A stretch of 64,000 nucleotides of DNA from Chlamydiia bacterium (GTDB lineage: Bacteria > Chlamydiota > Chlamydiia > Chlamydiales > 2-12-FULL-49-11): positions 1 to 64,000 of the forward strand of contig JBIKLZ010000003.1 of the NCBI GenBank assembly GCA_044359535.1, given 5' to 3'. Both the position numbers and the translations under genes were made by a program. Below the pieces are notes generated by a model, which saw only the letters and a program-made list of their open reading frames with translations, was not told where the DNA came from and did not search any database. Positions 9,227 to 19,928 of the stretch are shown here, in pieces; position 1 is the first letter of the stretch, and every line of letters begins with the position of its first letter.

Positions 9227-11020
9227 TTATTTATAAAGAGTTGCATTTTCCATAACAGGAGACTCATTTTTTATGCATTTAAATGCAAAGACAAGAGCTG
9301 GTTTTTGCCAATGGTCATTAAGCGATGGGGCAAAATGCGTTCGACTCACAAGCTCCATCCCTTTAATCTGAAAATGATATCGATTTTTTAACCCTGCCAT
9401 TAGCTCTTTTAGATCCTCTAAGTGTACTGTTTCATCTAAAATAAAAATGGGTCTAGTTTTTGTAAGCAACCCAGAAATTTTTTTTCTAACACCACTTGCT
9501 GTCTCCCCACTGTTTAGGTAAAAAAAGTCAAGGTCGTTAATATAGGATAGGATTGGATCGTATTTCTTAGCTTCCCTTCTAACAATAAATATGTGCCCTT
9601 GAGTTGTTTCCCCAAACAAGAGGAAAATAAACCTTTTTTTCAACCCTTTAATAAAAAGAGCGACACGCTGCTCCTCATATTTTTTTGCAAAAGGGAAGTT
9701 TTGGTAGTAGATATTATAGACTCTATGAACCGTTGCTTGCGAAATAAAATGTAAAAGGGGGATAAAAAGCCCTTTAATAAAAAATAGTGAAGCCCCTAGA
9801 AGGATAAAACCCATCATTACAAACCCCGCTGCAGGGGTTAAAAAAAGGACCTTTTCAAATATCATCATTGAAATAGGGGCAAGCAACACCCCAGCAAAGC
9901 TTAAAAAGTTTCCCGCAGCGACAACTTTTCCCCGCTTTTCCGATGGACAGTGCATTTGCATATAGGAATCTAAAGGGATCTGATAAAGACCTCCAAGGAG
10001 TCCTATAATAGATAATACAACAAAAACAGCTGAAATAGATTTTGAGCATATGGGGATTAAAAAAACAAAAAAAGCCATTGCAATCATTGAAAAAGCCGAC
10101 ACTCCTAAGTGGACCCCTTTTTTACACACTTTTCCTGAAATAAGAGATCCAAGGGCAATACCAAAAGAGGTTCCTAAAAACAGATACCCCCCTCCAACTT
10201 CAGACATCCCCAATGAACTGATGGCAAAAGGAATGAGGTTTAACTGCAAAAAGGCTCCAATAAATAGAAAAAAAGCAGAACCTATCACCACCATAAGGAG
10301 CTTTGGGGTTTTTTTACACAAAGAAAGGGTCTCAACTAATTGAGCAAATGGGGGCTGCTTTGCATTGATTTTTGCTCCCACTGCCTCGGTTTTTGGGATG
10401 TTTAAACTCGCAATAAAGCCAACAATTGCAGCACCCATACACACACTTAAGGACAATATAAAATTTTTCCCCGTAATTTGTGTTAAAAACGAAGCCATAA
10501 AGGTCCCTAAAATGATGGCTATATAGGTGTAACTTGTTACATAACTATTTGCTTTAGAAACATTTTCTTTGTTAACCAGTTCAAGGATGATGCTGTATTT
10601 TGGAGGGCTCATTACAGCACTTTGTAAAGAGAGTAAAAATACCGTAGTATAACAAAGCCACACAGTTTGGGTCATATAGGCAAAATAGCCCAACCCGATG
10701 ATGGCCACCTCTAGCCCCTTCATCCACACAATAATTTTTTGTTTACTCACTTTGTCGGTAATTGCCCCTGCAATGTTTGAAAAAAGAAGGAATGGAAGGA
10801 CGTAGAAAACCCCTACAAAAAATGTGATATCTGAGGCATGAACTGCCCCCTTAAGGTCAATTAAAAGATAGATAGTTAAAAATTTAAATAGATTATCGTT
10901 AAATGCCGCTGTAAATTGGGCAATATTTAAAAAACTTAAAGCTCTTTTTTTACGAACCTCCCCATAACGCCTTTTTATTTTTGAATACTTGCTAGAAACA
11001 GTCTTATCCATAATAATCAC
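9227..11020 (-). CDS. MFS transporter of the LplT/Aas N-terminal type with a degenerate C-terminal extension
   Basis: AQFTAAFNDNLFK, LPFLLFS..AG..TDK.SK, SPPKYSII.ELV, ~12 TM helices, then a ~170-aa soluble tail. Confidence 0.8.
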   Translation of the reverse strand: MIIMDKTVSSKYSKIKRRYGEVRKKRALSFLNIAQFTAAFNDNLFKFLTIYLLIDLKGAVHASDITFFVGVFYVLPFLLFSNIAGAITDKVSKQKIIVWMKGLEVAIIGLGYFAYMTQTVWLCYTTVFLLSLQSAVMSPPKYSIILELVNKENVSKANSYVTSYTYIAIILGTFMASFLTQITGKNFILSLSVCMGAAIVGFIASLNIPKTEAVGAKINAKQPPFAQLVETLSLCKKTPKLLMVVIGSAFFLFIGAFLQLNLIPFAISSLGMSEVGGGYLFLGTSFGIALGSLISGKVCKKGVHLGVSAFSMIAMAFFVFLIPICSKSISAVFVVLSIIGLLGGLYQIPLDSYMQMHCPSEKRGKVVAAGNFLSFAGVLLAPISMMIFEKVLFLTPAAGFVMMGFILLGASLFFIKGLFIPLLHFISQATVHRVYNIYYQNFPFAKKYEEQRVALFIKGLKKRFIFLLFGETTQGHIFIVRREAKKYDPILSYINDLDFFYLNSGETASGVRKKISGLLTKTRPIFILDETVHLEDLKELMAGLKNRYHFQIKGMELVSRTHFAPSLNDHWQKPALVFAFKCIKNESPVMENATLYK

Positions 11021-11029
11021 TTTGATGAG

Positions 11030-14000
11030 TTGTATATTTACCCAATTGTAATCCCAATGACCGATTTTTTCAAGAGTCCATTTAAAAGTTACACTAGTAA
11101 TTCTTTTAAAACATTAGCAAAGCTGTGCATTGAAAATATCCATCACCAGCCTTTGTTTTCTAAAACCTACCTTGTCTATCCTTCTAATGAAACAAAGGAT
11201 TTTTTCATTCAATCTTTTATTGAAAAAAATTCATCTATTTTTGGAATAAGGTTTGTCACCCTTCAACAATGTATTCACCTTCTCTTAAAAATCTGTTATA
11301 AAAAAGATTTGCCCTTTCCCTCCCATTATGAATTGATGTTTTTTTTAGAAGAAAAAATCACTTCATTGCTTAATCTTGAAGAGCCCTTTGTTTACCCCCT
11401 CAAAGAATATATTGAAGGAAAAAAAGAGCGGATTATCCCTCTTGCCTCTACCTTAAGTCATGTTTTTCTTGAATACCTCCTTTATGGGGACAAAGCCCTT
11501 TTACCTTGGCTTGAAAAAAAAGGGTGGCAACAATATTTATTTAAAGAAGTTTTAAAAAAATGGACCTCTATTATTGATGCCATAAAGCAGTGCCCCCCTC
11601 CAAAATTTTCCCTTTCTATACATATTTTTGTTCTCGATGTCTGTCCAAAGCTCTATCTTAACCTCATTGAAAAACTCTCCCCTTACATCACTTTTTCTTT
11701 TTATCTTTTTTCCCCATCCCCTCTTTTTTGGGGAGATCTTATTTCTCGGAAAAAAAGCGCCTATTTAGATAGACACTTTAAAAAAAAGAACACCTCCTTA
11801 GAAGAGCGTATCGAATTTGCCTCTTTTGCATCCAATACCCATCCCCTCTTGTCCCATTTTTGTGAAGGGGGAAAGGGTTTGTACACCTACTTACACGATC
11901 AAGGGAGCTTTGAAGAGTATGAAGACATCACGATGTCGTCAGATTTAACCTACATTCAAAAGGCGATTTTGTATCAAATTAAGCCTTCTGCTCCCCCTTA
12001 CCAAGATGGGACTTTTTCTATTCATGCCGCCCCCTCCCTTCTTCGAGAAGTAGAAGTGGTTATCAATAATATTTTAACCCTTTTACACAATAAGCCTCAC
12101 CTACATCCTTCTGATATCACAGTTCTTGCCCCCGATATAGATATCTACTACCCTTACATCTCCTTCCTTTTTTCAGGAAAAAATTTCCCCTTTACATTTA
12201 CCATTTCTAACTTACAAAAGACAAAACACTGCCCCACAATGGATAGTTTAAAACAGCTTTTCTCCATGATTGATAGCCGTTTTGAAAAAGATGCCCTCCT
12301 AAAACTGTTTTCCTCCCCTTTATTTCAAAGAAAATGTCAAATCAATCAAGAAGATGTAGAGACTTTAGAAAAAATCATCTCTTACACAGGGATTTCTTGG
12401 GGATTTGATAAACAATCCAAAAGTGCAGTATTAGATGGAGAGGCCTGTTCCTTTGGGCTCTTTGAAAAGGGCTTTTCACACATCCTTGATGTTCTCACTA
12501 TGAAAGATTCCCCCATTGAATTTTCTCAAGCAGAAAGTATTGGAGATGTGATCGATCTTGTCCAAAAGCTTCATGAACAAGCCCAAAGCTTTGTTCACAA
12601 AAAATACACTCTTCAACAATGGAGCGCTAAAACCATTGCTTTTGCCGAACAATTTCTCTACCTTGATGATTCTGCCGATCTATTTTTTAAAGAGCTAAAA
12701 AAAATCACCACCCTTTCTACAACCTCTCAATTTTGTTATTCCTATTCAAGTTTTAAACGGTTGCTTGGGGAAATCTTTGCAAAAAAAGGGGGAAAAGACT
12801 CCATGTATAGTTCTCCCCCGATTACATTTTCTTCTATTGAAGATGCCCCACCCTTAGATAAGGCTCTATTTTTTATCGGCCTTGATGAAGAACATTTTCC
12901 CTCCAAAGAAAGGTATCGCTCTTTGCATGAGCTTTCTAAAGAACCCCTTTATGATAAAAAGCCTACCTCTTCTCAAAAAGCCCGCCTCTATCTTTTAAAA
13001 GCAATCATGGGGTCAAAAGAATCTGTCTGCTTTAGCTACACGTCGAATAACCCCACAGATGGGAGGGAAACAAACCCATCCCCCCTTATTGAAGAGATGA
13101 TCCACGCCCTTTGTCTCCCCCCCCCTATTCAACACCCCTTTACCCCGTACAACACAACGTACTTCCTCCAAAAGAATGTCTTTTCTAAACATTACCCCCT
13201 CTTTCTTGCTTCAAATGAGCCCTATACCCCCCCTTATACCTTTGAAAAGGGGGAGAAAAAGGAGAGCCTTTCACAAGTGATCGAAATAAAGCACCTCAAT
13301 GTTTTAGCTCGCTCCCCTGGACGATTTTTTTATACCGTTTCAGCACATCTTTTCGAACAATCCCTTCTTTCAAAAACCCCTTTTGATGATGGGGAGTTCT
13401 TCCTCTCCCACCTTGATAAATCAAAGATTGCAAGTGCTTTGTCTAGAAAAGAGGAGATTAACTTTGAACACTTAACCCTTACGAACAAACTCCCTGGAGC
13501 GATTTTCGAAAAAGTGGCTAAAAAGGAGTTAACCTCCACTATCCAGACGCAAAAAGGGCATTTAATCACCCTTTTTAATAACATAAATCCGTATTTTTCA
13601 ATCACTTTAGACCCGCATATCAAAGCTAGCATTAAAAAGGATTCCACCCTCTTTTTACCTGCCATCGTTCATCAAGAAATGGGATTAACCTACACAATCA
13701 AAGGGACAATAAATAACCTCACCGATAAAGGGCTCATCCTTTTTAAAGAACCCAAACTACCCGAACTGTGGAAACACCTTCCCACCCTCATCCTCCTTTC
13801 TCACCTTGATGTAGACATCCCCCTTGCTCTTTTATTTGTAACTGAAGGGGTGACAAAAACCTTTGAAAAATCTACGCTACAACCGTTGCTTTCCCCCCTT
13901 TTATCCTATTATCAAAAAGCGATGAATGCCATTTCCCCCCTTATTCCTGAAGCGGTAGAAGAGTATTGCATTTCAAAAACTATCGATTTTCCCTCTATAA

Positions 14001-14122
14001 AAGAAAAACTCCGGTATAAAGACAATGACCCCTTTCTTGAAAAAGGAGAGGTTAAAAGCTTTCATCACTTTGAAGAAGAATTATCACAACTCTGTTCAGC
14101 CCTCAATAAGGAGATTTCATGA
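11030..14122 (+). CDS. recC: Exodeoxyribonuclease V gamma subunit
   Basis: SPSPLFWGD, S.LREVEV...IL, DITVLAPDIDIYYPYI, GISWG; first gene of the recC-recB-recD cluster (true start may be ATG 11057). Confidence 0.9.
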   Translation: MYIYPIVIPMTDFFKSPFKSYTSNSFKTLAKLCIENIHHQPLFSKTYLVYPSNETKDFFIQSFIEKNSSIFGIRFVTLQQCIHLLLKICYKKDLPFPSHYELMFFLEEKITSLLNLEEPFVYPLKEYIEGKKERIIPLASTLSHVFLEYLLYGDKALLPWLEKKGWQQYLFKEVLKKWTSIIDAIKQCPPPKFSLSIHIFVLDVCPKLYLNLIEKLSPYITFSFYLFSPSPLFWGDLISRKKSAYLDRHFKKKNTSLEERIEFASFASNTHPLLSHFCEGGKGLYTYLHDQGSFEEYEDITMSSDLTYIQKAILYQIKPSAPPYQDGTFSIHAAPSLLREVEVVINNILTLLHNKPHLHPSDITVLAPDIDIYYPYISFLFSGKNFPFTFTISNLQKTKHCPTMDSLKQLFSMIDSRFEKDALLKLFSSPLFQRKCQINQEDVETLEKIISYTGISWGFDKQSKSAVLDGEACSFGLFEKGFSHILDVLTMKDSPIEFSQAESIGDVIDLVQKLHEQAQSFVHKKYTLQQWSAKTIAFAEQFLYLDDSADLFFKELKKITTLSTTSQFCYSYSSFKRLLGEIFAKKGGKDSMYSSPPITFSSIEDAPPLDKALFFIGLDEEHFPSKERYRSLHELSKEPLYDKKPTSSQKARLYLLKAIMGSKESVCFSYTSNNPTDGRETNPSPLIEEMIHALCLPPPIQHPFTPYNTTYFLQKNVFSKHYPLFLASNEPYTPPYTFEKGEKKESLSQVIEIKHLNVLARSPGRFFYTVSAHLFEQSLLSKTPFDDGEFFLSHLDKSKIASALSRKEEINFEHLTLTNKLPGAIFEKVAKKELTSTIQTQKGHLITLFNNINPYFSITLDPHIKASIKKDSTLFLPAIVHQEMGLTYTIKGTINNLTDKGLILFKEPKLPELWKHLPTLILLSHLDVDIPLALLFVTEGVTKTFEKSTLQPLLSPLLSYYQKAMNAISPLIPEAVEEYCISKTIDFPSIKEKLRYKDNDPFLEKGEVKSFHHFEEELSQLCSALNKEIS

Positions 14123-17100
14123 AACCCTATGATGTTTTAGACCCCCTCTCCCCTCTATATGGAAAGATTTTTATCGAAGCCTCTGCTGGAACAGGGAAGA
14201 CATTTGCCATCGAACATATGGTTTTACGTCTTATTTTAGATGGAATGGATATTACTCAGATTCTAGTTGTGACATTTACAAAAGCTGGCGCCCTTGATTT
14301 AAAAAGACGGATCCACAGCTCCCTTTTAAAAATGGGGGAAAACCTTCGAAACAACGATCTATCGACCCCTTACCTTCAATCAATTAAAAATAAAGAAGAG
14401 GCCCTTTTACTCATTGAAAATGGGTGCGTCCTTTCTAGTGAAATGCCCATCTACACCATTCACAGCTTTGCTTTTCAGATGCTGTCCACCTTTGCTTTTG
14501 AAGCAGGAAGCGACCTTGAGCTTTTAGATTTTAATGATGATAAACACAAAGATCTTACCTTTTTAGCGATTTTAGATACTTTAAGGGGACTTACATCTGA
14601 AGAAGTGATTTCAGCAGGACAACTTTTTACACTTGTGGATAGTGACAGAAAAATCACTACCTTTACAAAGAAAATCACCTCTTATATTCAAAACCATAAA
14701 GCTTTATCGCTCCCCCCAACTTTTTCTGAGTTAAAAAAAGACTTTTTAACTCTTCTTGAGGATGCAGAACTTGAAACTCTTGAAGAGCATTTTGAAGAGT
14801 TAGCCCCCTTATTTAAACGGTGTATGTCGAACAAAAAACAGATCCATCCCTTCCTTTTTGATCAACTTCACCATCTAAAAAAGAAGGATTTTGATTCCCT
14901 TATTGGAGCTAAGGACTCTTTAATTGAACTGTTACAAGCTCAAAATATCAAAAAGGGGAAACAGATCCCTTACAACAATCCCCTTTTTTCCCTTTGTCAA
15001 AAGCTCTCCCCTATTCTATCTGTTGCCAAAGATCCAACGTCCCCTTTATCCCATATTGCTATAAAAGCAAAAAAGCGCCTTGAGAATCAATCTGTCAAAG
15101 ACCCTGATGGGATTTTATATTCACTATTGGAGAGTTTAAAAAAACCTTCTCTTAAGAAAAAAATTCAGGCCCTTTTTTCTGCAACCATCATCGATGAATT
15201 CCAAGATACAGACCCCATCCAATGGGAGATTTTAAAAACCCTATTTTTTGATACTGCACAAACATTTTGTACCGTTGGGGATCCAAAGCAATCCATTTAT
15301 GCTTTTCGGGGGGCAGATCTACCTACCTACCTTGTGGCTAAACAATCCTTTTCTCACCATTTTTCTTTAGATACCAATTTTAGATCGCAAAAAACCCTTG
15401 TAGAGGGTTTAAATCTCCTATTTTCTGAAAAAACTACCCCAGGATTTCTTTCTTTTGAAGAGCACTCTGAAGATTTACGCTACTATGAAGTAAAGGCGGG
15501 GAAAAAGCAAGAGGGGCCATCAACACTCTCTTTGTGCCTTGCCCTTCCTAAAAAAGAGGGGGGGTTAAAAGCAAGTCTTGCTGATATTGAAGAAGAGATT
15601 TTTTTTCCCCATATTGCAAACACCCTTCAAACATTAAACCTCCCCCTTGACCAAATTGCCATTCTTGTAAAAGATCGCTATCAAGGTCTTAGCCTTTGCT
15701 CCTATTTGCAAAAAATGAATATCCCCACAAAAGCCACTTTTTCTTCCTCCCTTCTAAAGTCCCCCTTTTTTTCCCTTTTTGAAATTCTTCTTTTTCTTAC
15801 CTACTCTCCACGATCTGAATCATTAATCAAAGAACTTCTTTCCCATAGCTTCATTAATGCCTCTATAGACCTTCTAAAAGAGGATTTATCCCATCCCCTT
15901 TTACAAAAACTCTCCATGGATTTTTCTCTCCTTAAACAGATTTTAGAAGAAGAAGGGCTATGCGCCTACTTATACGCTTTGATGGACAAAAAGCTCTTTG
16001 CTCATAGATCTTTAGGAGAGCTTCTTTGTCATAATGAAAGTTCTTTTCTTACAATGATGCAAATTTTTTCCCTTTTTTTAAAACATTTTGACACAGATCC
16101 AAGACAGTTTATCAGTGAAATACAAAAACTAGATCCAGATACATTTTCCTTTTTAAAAAAAGGGACAGGGACCGATAAAAAAAGCGTCACTATCATGACA
16201 TCGCACTTAAGTAAGGGGCTTGAATTTGAAGCTGTGTTCGCCATTTCTTTATACACACGGATGAAACAATCTGTAGAAAGTAGAGACAAGGCCATTTCTC
16301 TAGATAAAGAAAAGATGCGACTGTTGTATGTCACCCTTACCCGGGCAAAATCACATCTGTATATCTACGGCACTTTATTTGGATCGATCTTTCCAGTAGA
16401 CATAGGGGGAGCCTCTCCCTTAGAACTTTTTTTAAGTAGGGTACAATCCCCCTTTCTATCCTATGAAGCCTTATATGAAAAAATCCTAACCCTTAATTCT
16501 AAGGATGTGCTCCTAACCTCTCCAATTTCTGCTGGAATTCTTTTTGAAGAAGGCGCAAATAAATGGGAGATAAAAGAGGACTCAAGAAAAATTTACCCTC
16601 CAGAGGAGGCTAAAACGTACCAAAAGCCCCCCCGATCATTTTCGTTTTCCTCCCTTTCCTTTGAAGAAGGAGAAATTCTACCAGTAAAAGCTCAAGCTGA
16701 TTTTCCCTATGGTTCAAAGGTGGGCAATCAAATCCACCTTGTTTTAGAAAAAATCATTGAAGAGGGGCTTTACACCCCTTTTTCAAGGGAGACACTCCTT
16801 CCTATCCTCCAAAAATCATTTTTCCAAACCCCTTTGGAGGGGTTTGAAGAATCCATTTTTGAGAAACTAAAAGAGATTTTCACAACGTCCCTTAAAAGCC
16901 CCTATGGATCTTTTACCCTTGAATCGGTCCCTCCACATCAAATGTGGCAAGAGGTTTTATTTCAGTATAAGCTTGAAAACTCCCCTTCTGAAATGAAAGG
17001 GTTTGCTGACCTAGTTTTGCTTCATAATGAACGCTTTTACATCGTTGATTGGAAATGCAACCATTTAGAGGGGTATCACCCAGAGGAGATCTGGAAGGCT

Positions 17101-17295
17101 TTAGAAAAACATCACTACACCACCCAAGCATCGATCTATACACGAGCGTTAAAAGGGTTTTTAGAGACCAAACACCTTTCCTTTAAAGATTATTTTGGGG
17201 GGGCCTTTTACATTTTTATCCGAGGGGGAAAAGAGGGTATTACCTATTTTTCCCCTGAGCCCCTACCTGACAAGGAGATTGTATGTCTACAGTAG
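14119..17295 (+). CDS. recB: Exodeoxyribonuclease V beta subunit
   Basis: IEASAGTGKT, VVTFT, IDEFQDTD, VGDPKQSIYAFRGAD, TSHLSKGLEF, LLYVTLTRA; nuclease motif GFADL...IVDWK. Confidence 0.95.
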   Translation: MKPYDVLDPLSPLYGKIFIEASAGTGKTFAIEHMVLRLILDGMDITQILVVTFTKAGALDLKRRIHSSLLKMGENLRNNDLSTPYLQSIKNKEEALLLIENGCVLSSEMPIYTIHSFAFQMLSTFAFEAGSDLELLDFNDDKHKDLTFLAILDTLRGLTSEEVISAGQLFTLVDSDRKITTFTKKITSYIQNHKALSLPPTFSELKKDFLTLLEDAELETLEEHFEELAPLFKRCMSNKKQIHPFLFDQLHHLKKKDFDSLIGAKDSLIELLQAQNIKKGKQIPYNNPLFSLCQKLSPILSVAKDPTSPLSHIAIKAKKRLENQSVKDPDGILYSLLESLKKPSLKKKIQALFSATIIDEFQDTDPIQWEILKTLFFDTAQTFCTVGDPKQSIYAFRGADLPTYLVAKQSFSHHFSLDTNFRSQKTLVEGLNLLFSEKTTPGFLSFEEHSEDLRYYEVKAGKKQEGPSTLSLCLALPKKEGGLKASLADIEEEIFFPHIANTLQTLNLPLDQIAILVKDRYQGLSLCSYLQKMNIPTKATFSSSLLKSPFFSLFEILLFLTYSPRSESLIKELLSHSFINASIDLLKEDLSHPLLQKLSMDFSLLKQILEEEGLCAYLYALMDKKLFAHRSLGELLCHNESSFLTMMQIFSLFLKHFDTDPRQFISEIQKLDPDTFSFLKKGTGTDKKSVTIMTSHLSKGLEFEAVFAISLYTRMKQSVESRDKAISLDKEKMRLLYVTLTRAKSHLYIYGTLFGSIFPVDIGGASPLELFLSRVQSPFLSYEALYEKILTLNSKDVLLTSPISAGILFEEGANKWEIKEDSRKIYPPEEAKTYQKPPRSFSFSSLSFEEGEILPVKAQADFPYGSKVGNQIHLVLEKIIEEGLYTPFSRETLLPILQKSFFQTPLEGFEESIFEKLKEIFTTSLKSPYGSFTLESVPPHQMWQEVLFQYKLENSPSEMKGFADLVLLHNERFYIVDWKCNHLEGYHPEEIWKALEKHHYTTQASIYTRALKGFLETKHLSFKDYFGGAFYIFIRGGKEGITYFSPEPLPDKEIVCLQ

Positions 17296-18704
17296 AGTAT
17301 GGTTCCATTGAACATCTTTTTGCCTTAAAGCTTGTTAAAGATAAAGAGCATCCCCTCTACCCTTTTTGCTTAGAGTTAATGAGAGCCTCTTGTGAGGGCC
17401 ATCTTTTTATTGAAAAAGAAGATGTCGACCCGGCAATTGATAAAATCCTAGAAAAAAAACATGCCCCTATTGTCAAAGATGGCAACGCCTACTACCTTTG
17501 TAGAAATTTTTTTTATGAGGTAGAAATTGCAACAAAGCTCTATTTTCGGACATTGCTCCCAAAACTTGATCAAAAAATCCCTCCCCCAAACTCTTTAAAT
17601 GAAAAGCAGCTAGAAGCCTTTTCCCTATTTAACACCTCTCCCTTTTTTTTAATCACAGGAGGGCCTGGATCAGGTAAATCCTTTGTTGCTAAATCAATGA
17701 TCAAGGCCTATAAACAAAAATATCCCGATAAAAAAGTGATTTGTTCAGCCCCTACAGGAAAAGCCCTTTCGGCTCTATCTGATGAAACTGAAGGCTCGCA
17801 AACGCTTCATAAGCTTTTAGGGATTAAAGAGAGTTTTGAAGTGGAAAGGACCCATCCAGTGATTATTGCTGACCTTCTTATTATCGATGAGTGCTCAATG
17901 ATTTCTCCTAAGCTGTTTAACCTCCTTCTTTCTAGCCTCCTTGATATCACCCAAGTGATTTTAATTGGCGATCCTCATCAACTTCCACCTGTGTCAGGGG
18001 CTTCAATTTTTTATGATATTACCACCCTTGAAAAGATCGATCAAGTGACCCTTTTAGCCCCGATGCGCTCAGATAAAAAGTCCATTATTGATTTTTCTAC
18101 GGCGATTTTAAATGAGGATGAAAAGGGCCTTAAAGACATTTTAGAAGCTCATAACGAGATTCAACTTTTCCCCCTTGAAGCCTTTAACCCAAAAACGCAC
18201 AATAAAGAGCACATAGTACTTACCCCTTTTAGAAAAGGGCCCTATGGTTCTTTACACTTAAACGAGGTGATTAAAGGGGATAAAGGGGAAAAAATCCCTA
18301 TTTTAATCACTAAAAATGACTCTGTGACTCAACTTACAAATGGCGATATTGGCTACCTTCACAATGATATTGCCACATTTCCAGAAAAAAATATTTCCCT
18401 ACCAAGACTTATGCTTCCCCTTTATGAAAAAGCCTTTGCACTCTCTATTCACAAAAGTCAAGGAAGTGAATTTGACCACATTTGCCTAATTCTACCTGAG
18501 GACGCCCAGACATTTCCAAAAGAGCTTTTATTTACTGGGGTCACACGGGCAAAAAAGAGCATCCACCTTTTTGGATCTTTTGAAACTTTAATTGCCCTTA
18601 TCAAAAACAAAAAGCACGGCTCCTCAAAATTAAACTTCCGGTTTAATAACCTCTGTAAGGAAAGAAAGAATTTCTTCCTTTTTTGTGAAGGAAGCACCCT
18701 TTAA
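17283..18704 (+). CDS. recD: Exodeoxyribonuclease V alpha subunit
   Basis: ITGGPGSGKS, APTGKA, IIDECSM, GDPHQLPPV, SIHKSQGSEF, TGVTRAK. Confidence 0.93.
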   Translation: MSTVEYGSIEHLFALKLVKDKEHPLYPFCLELMRASCEGHLFIEKEDVDPAIDKILEKKHAPIVKDGNAYYLCRNFFYEVEIATKLYFRTLLPKLDQKIPPPNSLNEKQLEAFSLFNTSPFFLITGGPGSGKSFVAKSMIKAYKQKYPDKKVICSAPTGKALSALSDETEGSQTLHKLLGIKESFEVERTHPVIIADLLIIDECSMISPKLFNLLLSSLLDITQVILIGDPHQLPPVSGASIFYDITTLEKIDQVTLLAPMRSDKKSIIDFSTAILNEDEKGLKDILEAHNEIQLFPLEAFNPKTHNKEHIVLTPFRKGPYGSLHLNEVIKGDKGEKIPILITKNDSVTQLTNGDIGYLHNDIATFPEKNISLPRLMLPLYEKAFALSIHKSQGSEFDHICLILPEDAQTFPKELLFTGVTRAKKSIHLFGSFETLIALIKNKKHGSSKLNFRFNNLCKERKNFFLFCEGSTL

Positions 18705-19478
18705 TGTCTCCATATAGTCATAAAGAGTTGTTTCTAAAAAGCTCCGCAATTTTTCAATGATTTCTTCATACTTTTGATGAGATTCTTCTTTTATATTCTC
18801 TAAAGTTTCCCCTAAAGTTTTTAAATATTCTTCAAGAACTGCTATTTTTCCTGCATCAGAGCCCCCTTCTTGAAAGCACTCTTCTAATGCTTTTAATGCC
18901 TTTTGATGTTTAGGGTCTAAAAGGGCTAGATTCTGTAAATCTTGGATTAATTTCACCTCATAAGAAGTAACAACAACATGCGGTTTAATAACCTCTTTGA
19001 GTAAAAAAAGAACCTCCCCCCTTTTTTTTAAGGAAACACCCTTTAATTTGTCAATATAGTGATAAAGAGTTGTTTCTAAAAAGCTCCGCAATTTTTCAAT
19101 GGTTTTTTCGAGTCCTTGAGAAGGTCTCTCTTCTAACTTCTTTAAAGTTTCCCCTAAAGTTTCTATATATTTTTCAAGAGCAAATATTTTTCCTGTATCA
19201 GAGACCCCTATTTCAAAGCACTCTTTTTCTAAAAATTCTAAAGCTTTTCGATGTGTAGGGTCTAAAAGGGCTAGATTTTGTAAATCTTGAATTAATTTGA
19301 CCTCACAAGGGATAAAAACAACACGCTGTACTCCGTTAAGAAATCCAGCTGCACGCCCTAAAATTTTTTTAGATAGGTTGTTGACCCCATTAAAAACCTC
19401 TCTCACCCCTGAAGATAGATTACCTGTAGCAACAAGAACAGGTCGCTCCTTTAGCTTTTGCCAGCCGTTTATTTCCAT
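18630..19478 (-). CDS. Hypothetical helical protein with two tandem ~114-aa repeats
   Basis: EVKLIQDLQNLALLDP...EKLRSFLETTLY...EVIKP occurs twice; GGAGG RBS upstream. Confidence 0.7.
   Translation of the reverse strand: MEINGWQKLKERPVLVATGNLSSGVREVFNGVNNLSKKILGRAAGFLNGVQRVVFIPCEVKLIQDLQNLALLDPTHRKALEFLEKECFEIGVSDTGKIFALEKYIETLGETLKKLEERPSQGLEKTIEKLRSFLETTLYHYIDKLKGVSLKKRGEVLFLLKEVIKPHVVVTSYEVKLIQDLQNLALLDPKHQKALKALEECFQEGGSDAGKIAVLEEYLKTLGETLENIKEESHQKYEEIIEKLRSFLETTLYDYMETLKGASFTKKEEILSFLTEVIKPEV
18640..19303. repeat. Intragenic direct tandem duplication, period ~342-345 bp
   Basis: TAAAGAGTTGTTTCTAAAAAGCTCCGCAATTTTTCAATG at 18721 and 19063; GGGTCTAAAAGGGCTAGATT in both units. Confidence 0.9.
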
Positions 19479-19520
19479 GATCCCTCCTAAAAATAAAAAG
19501 AGAATTTAATATATTCTAAA

Positions 19521-19928
19521 TTAATTTGATACAAAAAATTGTACCCTCTCCTTTTTTTTTAATTCTTTAAGTATAGCCTCCTCCTCCTCATTGCCTTCTA
19601 TCTCAAGATTTCTATTAATGTACTCTAAAAGACGCTCTTTAAAATTATCCACACATCTTTGTATAAGAAGGATCTCAAGATCATCATAGGGCTTATAATG
19701 GGTTACCAAAGCTCTGTGCTTTTTGGATGCATCGCTAATAGCCTGTAATTTTATTGAATCTAAAACATTTTGAATAAGAACTTTTCCAAGATCTAAAAGG
19801 ATTTTTTGATAAGGCCTTTGCTTTTCTGAAAAAGGGGGAAAAAGAATTTCAGACTGTCTAACAATTAAATCTCTTGCATTGCGTGCAGAAATTGGCTCTT
19901 GCCCTAAATCTTCTTTGACACCTTTCAT
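19521..19928 (-). CDS. Hypothetical protein
   Basis: 135-aa ORF abutting the stop codon of the upstream gene (19929). Confidence 0.6.
   Translation of the reverse strand: MKGVKEDLGQEPISARNARDLIVRQSEILFPPFSEKQRPYQKILLDLGKVLIQNVLDSIKLQAISDASKKHRALVTHYKPYDDLEILLIQRCVDNFKERLLEYINRNLEIEGNEEEEAILKELKKKERVQFFVSN

Noticed and set aside
13117-13125. C9 homopolymer in recC as a phase-variation site
   Set aside because: Frame is intact (encodes a Pro run) and homopolymers are abundant throughout the window
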